This document shows positions 17,228 through 27,149 of a DNA stretch of 64,000 nt, piece by piece. The DNA lies in the NCBI GenBank assembly GCA_050012475.1, contig JBEKHC010000008.1:1-64000 (forward strand), in the 5' to 3' direction. The notes under the pieces were generated by a model. The model made no database searches. It was not told where the DNA came from and saw only the letters and a program-made list of their open reading frames with translations. How positions within the stretch are numbered: position 1 is the first letter of the stretch; every line of letters begins with the position of its first letter. The translations under genes and the position numbers were made by a program. The DNA comes from Candidatus Velthaea sp. GTDB taxonomy: Bacteria > Vulcanimicrobiota > Vulcanimicrobiia > Vulcanimicrobiales > Vulcanimicrobiaceae.

Positions 17228-18637
17228 GTGCACACGGGTCTCGATCGCGATCTTCTCGCCCACTTGCTGTCGCGCGCCCTGCGCCGGGGCGGCGACTACG
17301 CCGATGTGTTCTTCGAGCACCGGACCGTGCAATCGTTTCGCTTGCAGGACGGGCGCATCCACGAAGCCGGAATGTCGGTCGTGCGCGGCGCGGGCATCCG
17401 CGTCATCGCCGGCGAGCGGGCCGGCTACGCGCATTCCGACGACCTTTCCCCCGCCGCGCTGCTGCGGGCTGCCGACGCCGCCTCGCTCATCGCGCGCAGC
17501 GGGGATGCCGGCGAAACGGTCGTCGGTCTCTCGCCGCGGCTTGCGCCGTCGCTGTACCACTCAGCAGCCGAGCCAGCGCCGCCCGCCCGGTTCGTCGATC
17601 TGCTCGCGCGCGCCGACGTCGCGGCCCGCGGCTACGATCCGCGCATTGCCGCGGTCAACGCCTACGTCAGCGACGAAACACAATTCGTCCAGATCGCCAC
17701 GAGCAGCGGTGAGGTCGTGACGGATCTGCGTCCCTTGGTGACGCTGGGCGTTCAAACCGTCGCGCGCAGTGACGGAAAACGCGCCAACGGCTATTTTGCC
17801 GACGGCGGGCGCACGACGCTGGCCGTCTACGACGTGAAAACGCCGGAGTCGATTGCGACCGAAGCGGCGCGCATCGCCGTCACCAACGTCGATGCGCGCG
17901 AAACGCCGGCCGGCGAGATGGCAGTCGTCGTCGGCGCCGGCGGCGGCGGCGTGCTGCTGCACGAAGCGGTCGGCCATGGACTGGAAAGCGACTTCAACCG
18001 TCAGGGGACGTCGTTGTACAGCGGACGTGTCGGCCAGCGGGTCGCCAGCGAACTGGTGACGATCTTCGACGACGGCAATCTCGCGGACGAGCGCGGCTCG
18101 GTGGCGGTGGACGACGAGGGCACGCCGGGCGCACACAAAGTTCTGGTCGAGAACGGCATCCTGCGCGGCTACATGCAGGATCGTCTCAACGCCAAACTCA
18201 TGGGCGTGACGTCGACGGGCAGCGGCCGCCGTCAATCGTTTCGCGTCATGCCGCAGCCGCGCATGTGCAACACGTACATGCCCAGCGGAACGTCGACCTT
18301 CGACGAAATCATCGCGTCGGTCGATCGCGGCATCTATGCCACCTCGTTCGCCGGCGGACAAGTTGAAATCAGCAAGGGCGACTTCGTGTTCATGGTCGCT
18401 GAAGGCTACCTGATCGAACACGGCAAGATCACCGCGCCCGTGCGCGGCGCAACCTTGATCGGCAACGGACCCGATGCGATGACCAAGGTCGTCGCGGTCG
18501 GCAACGACGGGCGACTGGCGAACCGCAGTTACACCTGCGGCAAGGGCGGCCAGATGGTGCCCGTGGGCGTCGGCATGCCGACCGTGAAGCTTGCCAGCTG
18601 CACCGTGGGCGGCAGCTCCGTCGGAACGGGGAACTAA
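17228..18637 (+). CDS. tldD: Metalloprotease TldD
   Basis: LLHEAVGHGLESD (HExxGH), DDEG, PRMCNTYM, CGKGGQ..PVGVG; GTG start inferred. Confidence 0.95.
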   Translation: MHTGLDRDLLAHLLSRALRRGGDYADVFFEHRTVQSFRLQDGRIHEAGMSVVRGAGIRVIAGERAGYAHSDDLSPAALLRAADAASLIARSGDAGETVVGLSPRLAPSLYHSAAEPAPPARFVDLLARADVAARGYDPRIAAVNAYVSDETQFVQIATSSGEVVTDLRPLVTLGVQTVARSDGKRANGYFADGGRTTLAVYDVKTPESIATEAARIAVTNVDARETPAGEMAVVVGAGGGGVLLHEAVGHGLESDFNRQGTSLYSGRVGQRVASELVTIFDDGNLADERGSVAVDDEGTPGAHKVLVENGILRGYMQDRLNAKLMGVTSTGSGRRQSFRVMPQPRMCNTYMPSGTSTFDEIIASVDRGIYATSFAGGQVEISKGDFVFMVAEGYLIEHGKITAPVRGATLIGNGPDAMTKVVAVGNDGRLANRSYTCGKGGQMVPVGVGMPTVKLASCTVGGSSVGTGN

Positions 18638-18642
18638 GCGCG

Positions 18643-20007
18643 ATGCAGGTTGACGATCCCGCCCGGTCCGATGCGCGCGACGAGGCGTTGGCGCTGGCGG
18701 CATTCGCCGTCGCCGCAGCGGTCGAGCACGGCGCGACGTCGGCCGAGGGGACGCTGGCGATCAACGAGCGTTTCGCCGTCGAAGCGCGCGGCGGCGAACT
18801 CACCAAACTCGAACAGTCGCGCGGACGCTCCTTGTCGCTGCGCGCGTTCGTGGGCAAACGGCGGGCCGCGCTCTCGACGACCGACCTCACGCATGACGGC
18901 ATCCATGCGTTGGCCAAGCGGATCGCGGCGGCTGCAGCCTTCGTCGGCGAAGATCCGCACGCGGGTCTGCCCGACGGCGTCGTCGAGGCGGGTGAGGACG
19001 CCGCGCTCGAGATGGTTGCGCCGGATGTCGCGGTCCGCGAGCCGAGCGCGAAGATCGAGGACGTCCTCGAGCTCGAACGGCTCATTCGGCGCGCCGATCC
19101 CCGCATCGACAACTCGCGTGGTTCGCACACCGCCGACTCGCAGGCGACGATCGCGCTCGTCAATTCGCTGGGCTTCCGCGGGGCGTACCGGATGACCAGC
19201 GCTTCGCGCAGCACGAGTCCGGTGGCGCGCGACGGCAACGATCTGCGGATCGGTTCGTACGGATCGGCGGCCCGCGGCTTCGCCGGTTTGGACAGCGTTG
19301 CGAGCGTCGCGCAGCAGGCTGCGAAGCGCGCCCTGGACCTGTGCGGAGCGCGCCGTCCGGCGACGCTGCGCGCGCCGGTCATTTTCGATCGCGACGTTGC
19401 GGCGGCGGTGTTGGGTGACTTGTTCAACGCGGTCAATGCCGCCAACGTCGCGGTCGGCAATTCGTACTTGACCGACGCGATCGGCGAAACGATCGGTTCG
19501 CCGCACGTCACCATCGTCGACGACGGCCGTCTGCCCGGCGGCCTGGGCACGTCACCATTCGACGCGGAAGGCACGCCGACGCGCATGACGACGGTGTTCG
19601 AGCGCGGCGTGCTCAAATCGTTTCTCTACGATACCTACTATGCGCGCCGGCTCGGCGCACAGACCACGGGCAACGCAGCGGGCGGCGGCATCGGCGTCAA
19701 CAATTTTTATCTGTATTCGGGCGATAACACGCTCGACGACCTCATCGCCTCGACGCAGCGCGGCGTGCTCGTCTACGATACGATCGGTTTTGCGACCGAA
19801 CATGCCAGCGGAACGTACAGCCGCGGTGCGCGCGGCGTTTGGATCGAGAACGGCGAGATCGCTTATCCGGTCGACGGGTTCACGATCGCCTCGAACTTCA
19901 AGGCGATGCTGGCCGGCATCGATGCCGTCGCCAACGACGTGCGCTTCGACAGCGGGATCGTTTCGCCGTCGTTCCGCGTCGCCGAGATGACGATCAGCGG
20001 CGACTAA
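18643..20007 (+). CDS. pmbA: TldE/PmbA protein
   Basis: PFDAEG, TTGNA, GTYSRGARG, IASN; directly follows tldD. Confidence 0.92.
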   Translation: MQVDDPARSDARDEALALAAFAVAAAVEHGATSAEGTLAINERFAVEARGGELTKLEQSRGRSLSLRAFVGKRRAALSTTDLTHDGIHALAKRIAAAAAFVGEDPHAGLPDGVVEAGEDAALEMVAPDVAVREPSAKIEDVLELERLIRRADPRIDNSRGSHTADSQATIALVNSLGFRGAYRMTSASRSTSPVARDGNDLRIGSYGSAARGFAGLDSVASVAQQAAKRALDLCGARRPATLRAPVIFDRDVAAAVLGDLFNAVNAANVAVGNSYLTDAIGETIGSPHVTIVDDGRLPGGLGTSPFDAEGTPTRMTTVFERGVLKSFLYDTYYARRLGAQTTGNAAGGGIGVNNFYLYSGDNTLDDLIASTQRGVLVYDTIGFATEHASGTYSRGARGVWIENGEIAYPVDGFTIASNFKAMLAGIDAVANDVRFDSGIVSPSFRVAEMTISGD

Positions 20008-20035
20008 CAGCAGGACTCGGCGGCGCCGAATCCAG

Positions 20036-20647
20036 TTAATCGAAATCGGCGGGGCGCAGCGGGTCGTCGAGGTGGGCGAACATCAGCGCGAGTTGATGTG
20101 CGGTGACGCGCGTCGTCGACAACTCCGGCAGCGCGTCGCGCGCGAAGAAGCCGACGCCGTCGGTTTCGATACTGTCGCGCGGCGCGCCGCCGATAATTTC
20201 GCAGCGCACGAAGACTTTCCAAACGTGGAAGGCTTGCGGCGGATGCGGGTGACGATTGCGGTCGAAGACGGCTACGATCTTCGTTGCGCGCGCCTCGTAG
20301 CCGGACTCTTCGCGTATCTCGCGTTCGATCGCCGTGCTCGGGCTGTCGAGCACGTCGGCCCAGCCGCCGGGCAACGTCCAGCCGCCGTCAACCCGTTCGC
20401 GGACCAATAAGATGTCGCCGGCGCGAAACACCACGCCGCGCACGTCGAGTTTGGGCGTCGCGTAGCCGGTCTCTGCACGAAAGAATTCGTCGACGTCGAT
20501 GGCGGCGCGCCCGGTGTGTTCGGCGACGACGTCGGCCGCGAGTTGGCGCAGCGCCTCGTAGCGTTCGATATCGAACGGATCGCGCGCATAGGTCAGGCCG
20601 CTTTGTGCGATCGCGGCAAGTCGTTGCGTCCATTGAATCCACGCCAT
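20036..20647 (-). CDS. Nudix hydrolase with Nudix_N domain (YjhB-like)
   Basis: AQSGLTY..DPFD.ERY, GYATPKLDVRG, LPGGWAD...EREIREESG. Confidence 0.92.
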   Translation of the reverse strand: MAWIQWTQRLAAIAQSGLTYARDPFDIERYEALRQLAADVVAEHTGRAAIDVDEFFRAETGYATPKLDVRGVVFRAGDILLVRERVDGGWTLPGGWADVLDSPSTAIEREIREESGYEARATKIVAVFDRNRHPHPPQAFHVWKVFVRCEIIGGAPRDSIETDGVGFFARDALPELSTTRVTAHQLALMFAHLDDPLRPADFD

Positions 20648-21406
20648 CTACGAACCGTCCTGCGGCCAAAAACCGAAGAGTTCGCGAGCCGGTTCGAGAT
20701 CCACGAAGCGGCCGGCGTTGTCGCCGACGCCGTAGACGATGCTGAACGCCACGTCGCGGGCGAGAACGGCGCGCACGAGCCGCGCGAAATCGGCGTGCGA
20801 AAACCATTTCGCCGCCAATCGGGCCTGACGCTCGGCGGCGTCCAGATCGCGCAGCCGGGCCGTCGAGGAGGGGTCGGCGATGTGCGGGCTGTCGGCGACG
20901 TTCATCGTGCCGATGCGCACGCACGTCACGCGCAAACCGTGCACGTCGCTGTAATAACGGGCGATGATCTCGCCGCAGGCTTTCGTCACGGCATAGGGAT
21001 TGGCCGGCCGCACCGCGATGTTCGTCCCCAAAACGGGACCGCTGCCCGGGGCGTAGATCTGTGGCCGGGCCTCTTCTTCGTACATGCCCACGACGTGCAG
21101 CGAACTGCCGAAGACGACGCGCGAGCATCCGGCGCGCAGCGCGGCCTCGAAAACGTTTCGAACGCCCAAGAGGTTGGCGTCCCAGACTTCGTCCCAGCTG
21201 CCGTCGCGCAAAACGCCGGCCGCCAAGTGCACGACGGCGGCGCAGCCCGCGAAGGCAGCTTCGAGGGCCGGACGGTCGAGGAGATCGGCTTTGGCGCGAT
21301 CGACGCGCACGACGTCGAGATCGCGTTCGAGATCGGCAGCCAGACGCGAACCGATGATCCCGCCCACACCGGTGATCGCGACCCGCATGCGCCGTTCGGC
21401 GGTCAT
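20648..21406 (-). CDS. NAD-dependent epimerase/dehydratase (uronate dehydrogenase-like)
   Basis: VAITGVGGIIG, VVHLAA, FGSS, YAVTK; ATG overlaps the upstream stop. Confidence 0.85.
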   Translation of the reverse strand: MTAERRMRVAITGVGGIIGSRLAADLERDLDVVRVDRAKADLLDRPALEAAFAGCAAVVHLAAGVLRDGSWDEVWDANLLGVRNVFEAALRAGCSRVVFGSSLHVVGMYEEEARPQIYAPGSGPVLGTNIAVRPANPYAVTKACGEIIARYYSDVHGLRVTCVRIGTMNVADSPHIADPSSTARLRDLDAAERQARLAAKWFSHADFARLVRAVLARDVAFSIVYGVGDNAGRFVDLEPARELFGFWPQDGS

Positions 21407-22269
21407 TGGTCGACGAGTTGCAGCAAGATCGGATACACCAGTTCGCCGGCGGCCGGGAACGTGACGGGTTCGATGATGTCGTGACGTACGTCGAGATTTT
21501 CGAAGGTGTACGTTTGAGTCGGCGCGCCGTGCGAACGCCAGAGTTCGCACACCTCCTGCGCGGCGGCGTTGTCGATGGCCGGATCCTTCGCATTGAGGAC
21601 CAGGATGCTGCGCGCGGCGCGCGGCGCTGCGGACTTTGCCAGTCCGCGCACGGTTTCGCCCAGCTGCAGACATTGCGCCAGGGCATGGGTCGAGAAACGC
21701 GGATACGCGTGCTTCGGTTCGGCGTTCTGCTTGACGCGCGGATCCCACCACAATTCGAGATTGGGAACGAATTCGAGCGCTCCGGCAAAGACGGGTTCGA
21801 GCCCCGCGGGCACGCGAACCACGGAAAAGAAGGGCGCGATCACCACGGCGCGGTCAACGGCCTGCGTTTGGGCGAGCCACGCCGCGAGTGTTGCGCCGGC
21901 AGACAGTCCGAGCACGCTGATGCTTGCGGCGAGCGGCGCGGCCAACGCGACCGCTTCGTTGGCGCAAGCAATGAGCTCGTCGGCCGTGAGCCCGGCCAGT
22001 TCCGTCGTCAACTTGTCGCGCAAGCCGTGACGCGGCAGCCGCGGCACGTAGACGTTGAAGCCGCGCTCGAAAAATTGCTGCGCGAGTGCGCTGAACTGGC
22101 GCGGGCAATTCGTGAAGCCGTGAAAGAGCACGATTGCGCGCTCCGTCGCCGCGCCGTGATGCAGAACGTACGGTACGCAGCGCGGATCGATCGCCGCATC
22201 GGCGCCGTCAGCCGCCGCGAGCGCCTCGATCGCGGCGACGCCCGCGGTAAAGATGTGCGGGGCGTTCAT
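21403..22269 (-). CDS. Alpha/beta hydrolase (carboxylesterase/lipase)
   Basis: LFHGFTNCP, GLSAG nucleophile elbow, C-terminal RHDI. Confidence 0.88.
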   Translation of the reverse strand: MNAPHIFTAGVAAIEALAAADGADAAIDPRCVPYVLHHGAATERAIVLFHGFTNCPRQFSALAQQFFERGFNVYVPRLPRHGLRDKLTTELAGLTADELIACANEAVALAAPLAASISVLGLSAGATLAAWLAQTQAVDRAVVIAPFFSVVRVPAGLEPVFAGALEFVPNLELWWDPRVKQNAEPKHAYPRFSTHALAQCLQLGETVRGLAKSAAPRAARSILVLNAKDPAIDNAAAQEVCELWRSHGAPTQTYTFENLDVRHDIIEPVTFPAAGELVYPILLQLVDQ

Positions 22270-23441
22270 AGATAGTCGTCCAGCCGGAGGTCGACCGTGC
22301 GCATCGATGCGCCGGCGCGCGCGATGGTCAAGCGCACGTGCGAGTCGGCCGGTCCGGCGAGCAGCGCACGCAGCTGCGGCAGGGCCTGGGGCACTTGCGG
22401 TTCGCCCCCGGCGCTCACGATCCGGTCGCCGGCGACGATCCCTGCCCGTTGCGCCGGCGTTTGGGGCCGCACGTCGAGCACCTCGACGGCGTTCTCGCGC
22501 GCGATCAAAAACAGACCTGAACGATCGACGTCATCGGGCGCGAAGAAATCGGCGTTCGGACGGAAGCCGATGCGCCCGTGCGCCAAATCGAATGCCAGGG
22601 TGAATCGGCGCAGAACGCCGCCGCCGACATTGGCTGCCGTGCGCGTCGAGGCAAAAGCGCCGCGCTGCTGCTCGCTGAAGTCCGTCACGATGTCCGTCAG
22701 CTCCAGCGGACCGAACGCCAAGCGTGCCAGCCGTCCGAGCCGGCCGTAGGCGGCGCCGCCGATGCCGTACCCGTCGACGCCGCTCGCCGAGAGCGCGGCC
22801 GGAACGACTGCGGGAAACTGCTTGGTGAAGGGAGCGAGCACGGTGACGTTGAGCCGGCTGCCGGTATCGATCGCGCAGGATCCCCGGACGTTGGCCAGCC
22901 TGCACGGCACGTGCGGTTCGCCGTCGACGACGGAAGCCGGCAGCACGATCCCGCCGTCGCCGGCAACGGCAGCGTCGCCGGCGTCGAATGTCAGCGTCCG
23001 CCGGGCATAATCGAAGACGGTCACGCTCGAGCCGATGATTGCTCTGCCGATGAGCCCGTCGACCGGCGGACCTTCAGCCGCCGCGAACGTCGCATGTGCG
23101 GCGGCGACGACGAAGCGCTGGTCGACGAAAGTCGCGGCGCCGATGCCGACACGGTGAATGCGCGTGAGCGACCCGCTTTCGGTCCGGCCGCCGACGCCGA
23201 CGAGCCGGACGCGTCCCCGAACGTGCGCTCCGATCGCCGCGGCGACGGCCGGATCGATCAAATTGCCCGCGCCGCTGTCGACGATGAAGTGGAACGGGCC
23301 GGCGCCGTCGAGGGTGACGTCGACGACGACGTGATTGTTAACGATCTGAATCGGGACGACATTTGCGGCCGGCGAGGGCTGCACGAGGGCTCCGCCAAGC
23401 AAACCGAGCGCAATTGCGAGAATTCCCAGCATGCTCGCCAC
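22266..23441 (-). CDS. Secreted tandem aspartyl (retropepsin-like) protease with PDZ domain
   Basis: Signal peptide; FIVDSGA and AIDTGS motifs; DGLIG; PAQRAGIVAGDRI PDZ. Confidence 0.88.
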   Translation of the reverse strand: MASMLGILAIALGLLGGALVQPSPAANVVPIQIVNNHVVVDVTLDGAGPFHFIVDSGAGNLIDPAVAAAIGAHVRGRVRLVGVGGRTESGSLTRIHRVGIGAATFVDQRFVVAAAHATFAAAEGPPVDGLIGRAIIGSSVTVFDYARRTLTFDAGDAAVAGDGGIVLPASVVDGEPHVPCRLANVRGSCAIDTGSRLNVTVLAPFTKQFPAVVPAALSASGVDGYGIGGAAYGRLGRLARLAFGPLELTDIVTDFSEQQRGAFASTRTAANVGGGVLRRFTLAFDLAHGRIGFRPNADFFAPDDVDRSGLFLIARENAVEVLDVRPQTPAQRAGIVAGDRIVSAGGEPQVPQALPQLRALLAGPADSHVRLTIARAGASMRTVDLRLDDYL

Positions 23442-23513
23442 TTAGCAAATTTCGGCGTGAGAACCTGGAACGTCGTGCGAGGACCAATCGGGAGTATCGA
23501 AAAAGAACACGGT

Positions 23514-24959
23514 ATGACAACGTCGCTGATCGGTACAACGCTAATCATGCGGGTGGAAACGCCCAGCACTCCCGGTGCTTTCAGCGTGCTCGCCGCTGCG
23601 ATCGGCGATGCGGGCGGTGCGATCGTCGCCGTCGACACGCACAGCGTGACCCGCACGCATTCGATCCGTGATGTTTCCGTCACGGTTGCTTCGGAGCGCG
23701 CCGGCACCGCGGTCAAGACGGCCATCGAAGGCCTTGCCGATTTTCGCATCGTCAACGTCTCCGACGCAACGTTCTTGGCCCATTTGGGCGGCAAGATCCG
23801 GATCGAGGGCAAGATGCCGGTGAAGACGCGAGCGGATCTCTCGATCGTCTACACGCCGGGGGTCGCCCGCGTTTCGATGGCGATCGCCGCTGACCCGGCC
23901 AAAGCCTACCAGTTGACGATCAAGCGCAATTCGATCGCCGTCGTCAGCGACGGAACGGCGGTGCTTGGCTTGGGCGACATCGGTCCGTACGGCGCGGCGC
24001 CGGTGATGGAAGGCAAATGTATGCTCTTCCGGCAGTTCGCCGGAATCGACGCATTCCCAATTTGCCTGGACACCAAAGACGTTGACGAAATCGTAGCGAC
24101 GGTCAAACGGATCGCGCCGATCTTCGGCGGCATCAATCTCGAGGACATCAGCGCGCCGCGCTGCTTCGAGGTTGAACGGCGGCTGGTCGAAGAACTCGAT
24201 ATCCCGGTGATGCACGACGATCAGCACGGAACCGCGGTCGTGATCCTCTCTGCGATGATCAACGCCGCCGCCGTCGTCGGCAAGCGGCTGGAAGATATGA
24301 CGGTCGTCATCAACGGGTCCGGCGCGGCCGGCACCGCGACGATCAAGATGCTGTTGGCGGCGCACGTGCGCGACGTCATCGCCGTCGACCGGGCGGGAGC
24401 GATCAACCGCGACGAAACCTACTCCAACCCGCATTGGCAGTGGCTGGCACTCAATACCAACATCGACAACCGGCGCGGCCCGCTGGGCGCGGTGCTTGCG
24501 GGCGCGGATGCCTTCGTCGGGGTGAGCGCTCCGAATATTCTCACCGTCGAAGACATTCAACGCATGGCACGGGATCCGATCGTGTTCGCGATGGCAAATC
24601 CGACCCCTGAGATCATGCCCGATCTTGCGAATCCGTATGTCGCCGTGATGGGCACGGGCCGCAGCGACTATCCGAACCAAGTAAACAACCTATTGGCGTT
24701 CCCGGGGATCTTCCGCGGCGCGCTCGACGCGCGAGCCTCCAAAATATCGGAGAAGATGAAGCTGGCCGCCGCGCACGCCATCGCCGCTGTCGTGGGCGAC
24801 GAGCGCAGCGCCGAATACGTGATTCCCAGCGTCTTCGATACGAGAGTGGTCGATGCCGTCGCGGCTGCCGTCCGTGAAACGGCGATTGAAGAAGGGCTTG
24901 CGCGTCGAGCCCTCCTACATCAGGATGACGATTCAATGCTCACCGCCGCCAAAAAATAA
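23514..24959 (+). CDS. NAD(P)-dependent malic enzyme with N-terminal ACT domain
   Basis: YTPGVA, DGTAVLGLG, PVMEGK, INLEDI, HDDQHGTA, MANPTPEI, GRSDYPNQVNN. Confidence 0.95.
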   Translation: MTTSLIGTTLIMRVETPSTPGAFSVLAAAIGDAGGAIVAVDTHSVTRTHSIRDVSVTVASERAGTAVKTAIEGLADFRIVNVSDATFLAHLGGKIRIEGKMPVKTRADLSIVYTPGVARVSMAIAADPAKAYQLTIKRNSIAVVSDGTAVLGLGDIGPYGAAPVMEGKCMLFRQFAGIDAFPICLDTKDVDEIVATVKRIAPIFGGINLEDISAPRCFEVERRLVEELDIPVMHDDQHGTAVVILSAMINAAAVVGKRLEDMTVVINGSGAAGTATIKMLLAAHVRDVIAVDRAGAINRDETYSNPHWQWLALNTNIDNRRGPLGAVLAGADAFVGVSAPNILTVEDIQRMARDPIVFAMANPTPEIMPDLANPYVAVMGTGRSDYPNQVNNLLAFPGIFRGALDARASKISEKMKLAAAHAIAAVVGDERSAEYVIPSVFDTRVVDAVAAAVRETAIEEGLARRALLHQDDDSMLTAAKK

Positions 24960-24970
24960 AGTAGGGATGC

Positions 24971-25657
24971 ATGTCCGACCGCGTATTGATCATTGAAGAC
25001 GATCCCGAGGCAGCTACCGTCGAGCGAACGCTGCTCGAGAAAGCCGGGTTCGAGACGAAAGTCGCGGCGACGGGAGCGGCGGGTTTAGAGCTCGAGCCGC
25101 AATTCAAGCCGGCGGTTGTCTTGCTTGACGTCGAGTTGCCCGATATCTCGGGGCTCGACGTTTGCACGTCGTTAGCCAATTCCAGCGACGCGTTCATCCT
25201 CATGGTGAGCGCACATTCCAGCGAAGGCGACGTGCTCAAGGGGCTTGGGCTGGGAGCCGACGACTACATTGCCAAACCGTTCTCGGGCAGCGAACTCGTC
25301 GCGCGCATCCAGTCGTTCTTGCGCCGGCGCGAGCGTTCGCACAAGAGCGATAACGACGGCCGGCTCGCAATTGGATCGGCAGCGCTCGTACGCGATTTCC
25401 ACACGCTGGAAAACGGCGGCAAGGGCGTCACGCTTACTGCACTCGAGTTTCGCTTGCTTTGGTTTTTGGGAGAAGCGGAAGGCAAGCTTCTCACCCGGGC
25501 GCAGATTCTCGAACGGGTTTGGAACGACGTCTCCGGCGTCCCGACGCGCGTTGTCGACGTTCACGTGGCGGCACTGCGAAAGAAGCTGGCTGAAGTCGAT
25601 GCCGTGCTGCAGATATCGAGCGTGCGCGGAATCGGCTACCGACTCGACACGAAATGA
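24971..25657 (+). CDS. OmpR-family response regulator (no adjacent kinase)
   Basis: IIEDD, LLDVELP, DDYIAKPF, LTALEF.LL, VDVHVAALRKKL, VRGIGY. Confidence 0.93.
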   Translation: MSDRVLIIEDDPEAATVERTLLEKAGFETKVAATGAAGLELEPQFKPAVVLLDVELPDISGLDVCTSLANSSDAFILMVSAHSSEGDVLKGLGLGADDYIAKPFSGSELVARIQSFLRRRERSHKSDNDGRLAIGSAALVRDFHTLENGGKGVTLTALEFRLLWFLGEAEGKLLTRAQILERVWNDVSGVPTRVVDVHVAALRKKLAEVDAVLQISSVRGIGYRLDTK

Positions 25658-27147
25658 ATCCGCCGATCGCGCTTGATCCGCGCGACCGGCGTCCGCTCTA
25701 CGTGCAAATCGCCGACGCGATCGTCGCCGCGATCGAGCGCGGCGCGTTGGCTCCCGACGAGCGTCTTCCGGCGATGCGGCCGCTGGCGCGCCAGCTCGGC
25801 TGCGCGCTCATCACGGTATCGCAAGCCTACGAAATGCTGGCGGCACGCGGACGCATCGTTTCGCGCGTCGGACGCGGCACGTTCGTCGCGGAGCAGCCGG
25901 TTTCCAATGGCGAAGCGCCGTTCGCGCGAAAATGGGAGCCCGATCTCGGCCGGTTAGCCCGTGCCGAACGAATCGAAGGCGTGCTCGACCGGCTCGCGCG
26001 TGCGAGCGCGCCCGGCGCGATTTCGCTGGCCACGGGTCATCCGGCTCCGGAAACGTTTCCGCTTGCCGATTTCAGCCGCGCGATGCAGCGCACGCTGTCC
26101 GACGATCCGCCCGAAGCGATGCAATACCGCGCTCATACCGGCGATCCCGATCTGTGCGCGGCGCTGGCAGCGGGCTTGTGCGCGCGCGGTTGCGATGCTT
26201 CCCGGGGCGACATCATCGTGAGCTCCGGAGCGCAGCAGGCGGCCGACCTCATCGCCAGCGTGTTGCTCACGCAACGCGCCGTCGTTGCCGCCGAAGCGCC
26301 GACCTATCCGGGCACGCTCGGTGTGTTCGATGCGCGCGGCGCAACGTACGTCGAAGTCCAGAGCGATACCGAAGGCGTGCGGGTCGACGACGTCGAGCGG
26401 GTTTTCGGCGAATACCGTCCGCGCCTGTTTTATATCGCGCCGATCGCGCAAAATCCGACCGGTGCGGTGTTGCCCGCACGGCGAGCCAAAGCAATCGTGG
26501 CACTCGCGCGGCGGTACGACGTCGTGATTCTCGAAGATCAGACGGGTTGGAATTTTACCTACGACGGCGCGGCGCCCGCGCCGCTTGCCGCGTACGACGA
26601 CGACGGTCGCGTCGTGTTGATGGAGAGTCTCTCGAAGTCGATTTTTCCGGCGTTGCGGATCGGCTATTTGCTGGTCAAGGGCGGGATGCGCGACTCGATC
26701 GAGGCGGCAAAAATACGCACCGACAGTTTTACGTCGACGCTCACCCAGCGCGCGTTGTGGCGCTTTCTCGAATCCCCGGCATATGCGCGTCATCTCAAGT
26801 CGACGCGGGCGTTGTATCGGCGGCGGCGCGACAACTTCGTCGACTTGCTCACTCGGGCATTGCCCTGGGCAACCATCCAGCCGCCGCAAGCCGGGACCAA
26901 CCTTTGGCTGCCGCTGCCGCCGCGCATCTCGACGCAGGCCGCTTTTGACATGTGCGCGCGCGAAGGTGTGTTGGTCATGCCCGCCGAGCCCTATTATCCC
27001 ACCCGCAACGGGCCGCCCGCGCTGCGGTTGTCGTTCGGAGATTTGAATGAAGCGGCGATGGAGACCGGCGTCGCGCGGCTTGCACGCGCACTCGATCGCC
27101 TGCACGCGGCGCCGTTTGCCATCGAGCGCAAGGAACAGCCCGTCTGA
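25654..27147 (+). CDS. MocR/GabR family regulator (GntR HTH + PLP aminotransferase domain)
   Basis: PLYVQIAD..RLPAMR.LA HTH; QNPTG; ESLSKSIFPALRIGY PLP lysine. Confidence 0.93.
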   Translation: MNPPIALDPRDRRPLYVQIADAIVAAIERGALAPDERLPAMRPLARQLGCALITVSQAYEMLAARGRIVSRVGRGTFVAEQPVSNGEAPFARKWEPDLGRLARAERIEGVLDRLARASAPGAISLATGHPAPETFPLADFSRAMQRTLSDDPPEAMQYRAHTGDPDLCAALAAGLCARGCDASRGDIIVSSGAQQAADLIASVLLTQRAVVAAEAPTYPGTLGVFDARGATYVEVQSDTEGVRVDDVERVFGEYRPRLFYIAPIAQNPTGAVLPARRAKAIVALARRYDVVILEDQTGWNFTYDGAAPAPLAAYDDDGRVVLMESLSKSIFPALRIGYLLVKGGMRDSIEAAKIRTDSFTSTLTQRALWRFLESPAYARHLKSTRALYRRRRDNFVDLLTRALPWATIQPPQAGTNLWLPLPPRISTQAAFDMCAREGVLVMPAEPYYPTRNGPPALRLSFGDLNEAAMETGVARLARALDRLHAAPFAIERKEQPV

Positions 27148-27149
27148 AG

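Noticed and set aside
17228..20007. tldD-pmbA as part of a RiPP cluster
   Set aside because: No precursor, YcaO or other maturase nearby; this is the usual housekeeping pair.
22578..23513. 312-aa N-terminal extension of the malic enzyme
   Set aside because: Antisense shadow of the aspartyl protease; malic enzyme similarity begins at about 23514.
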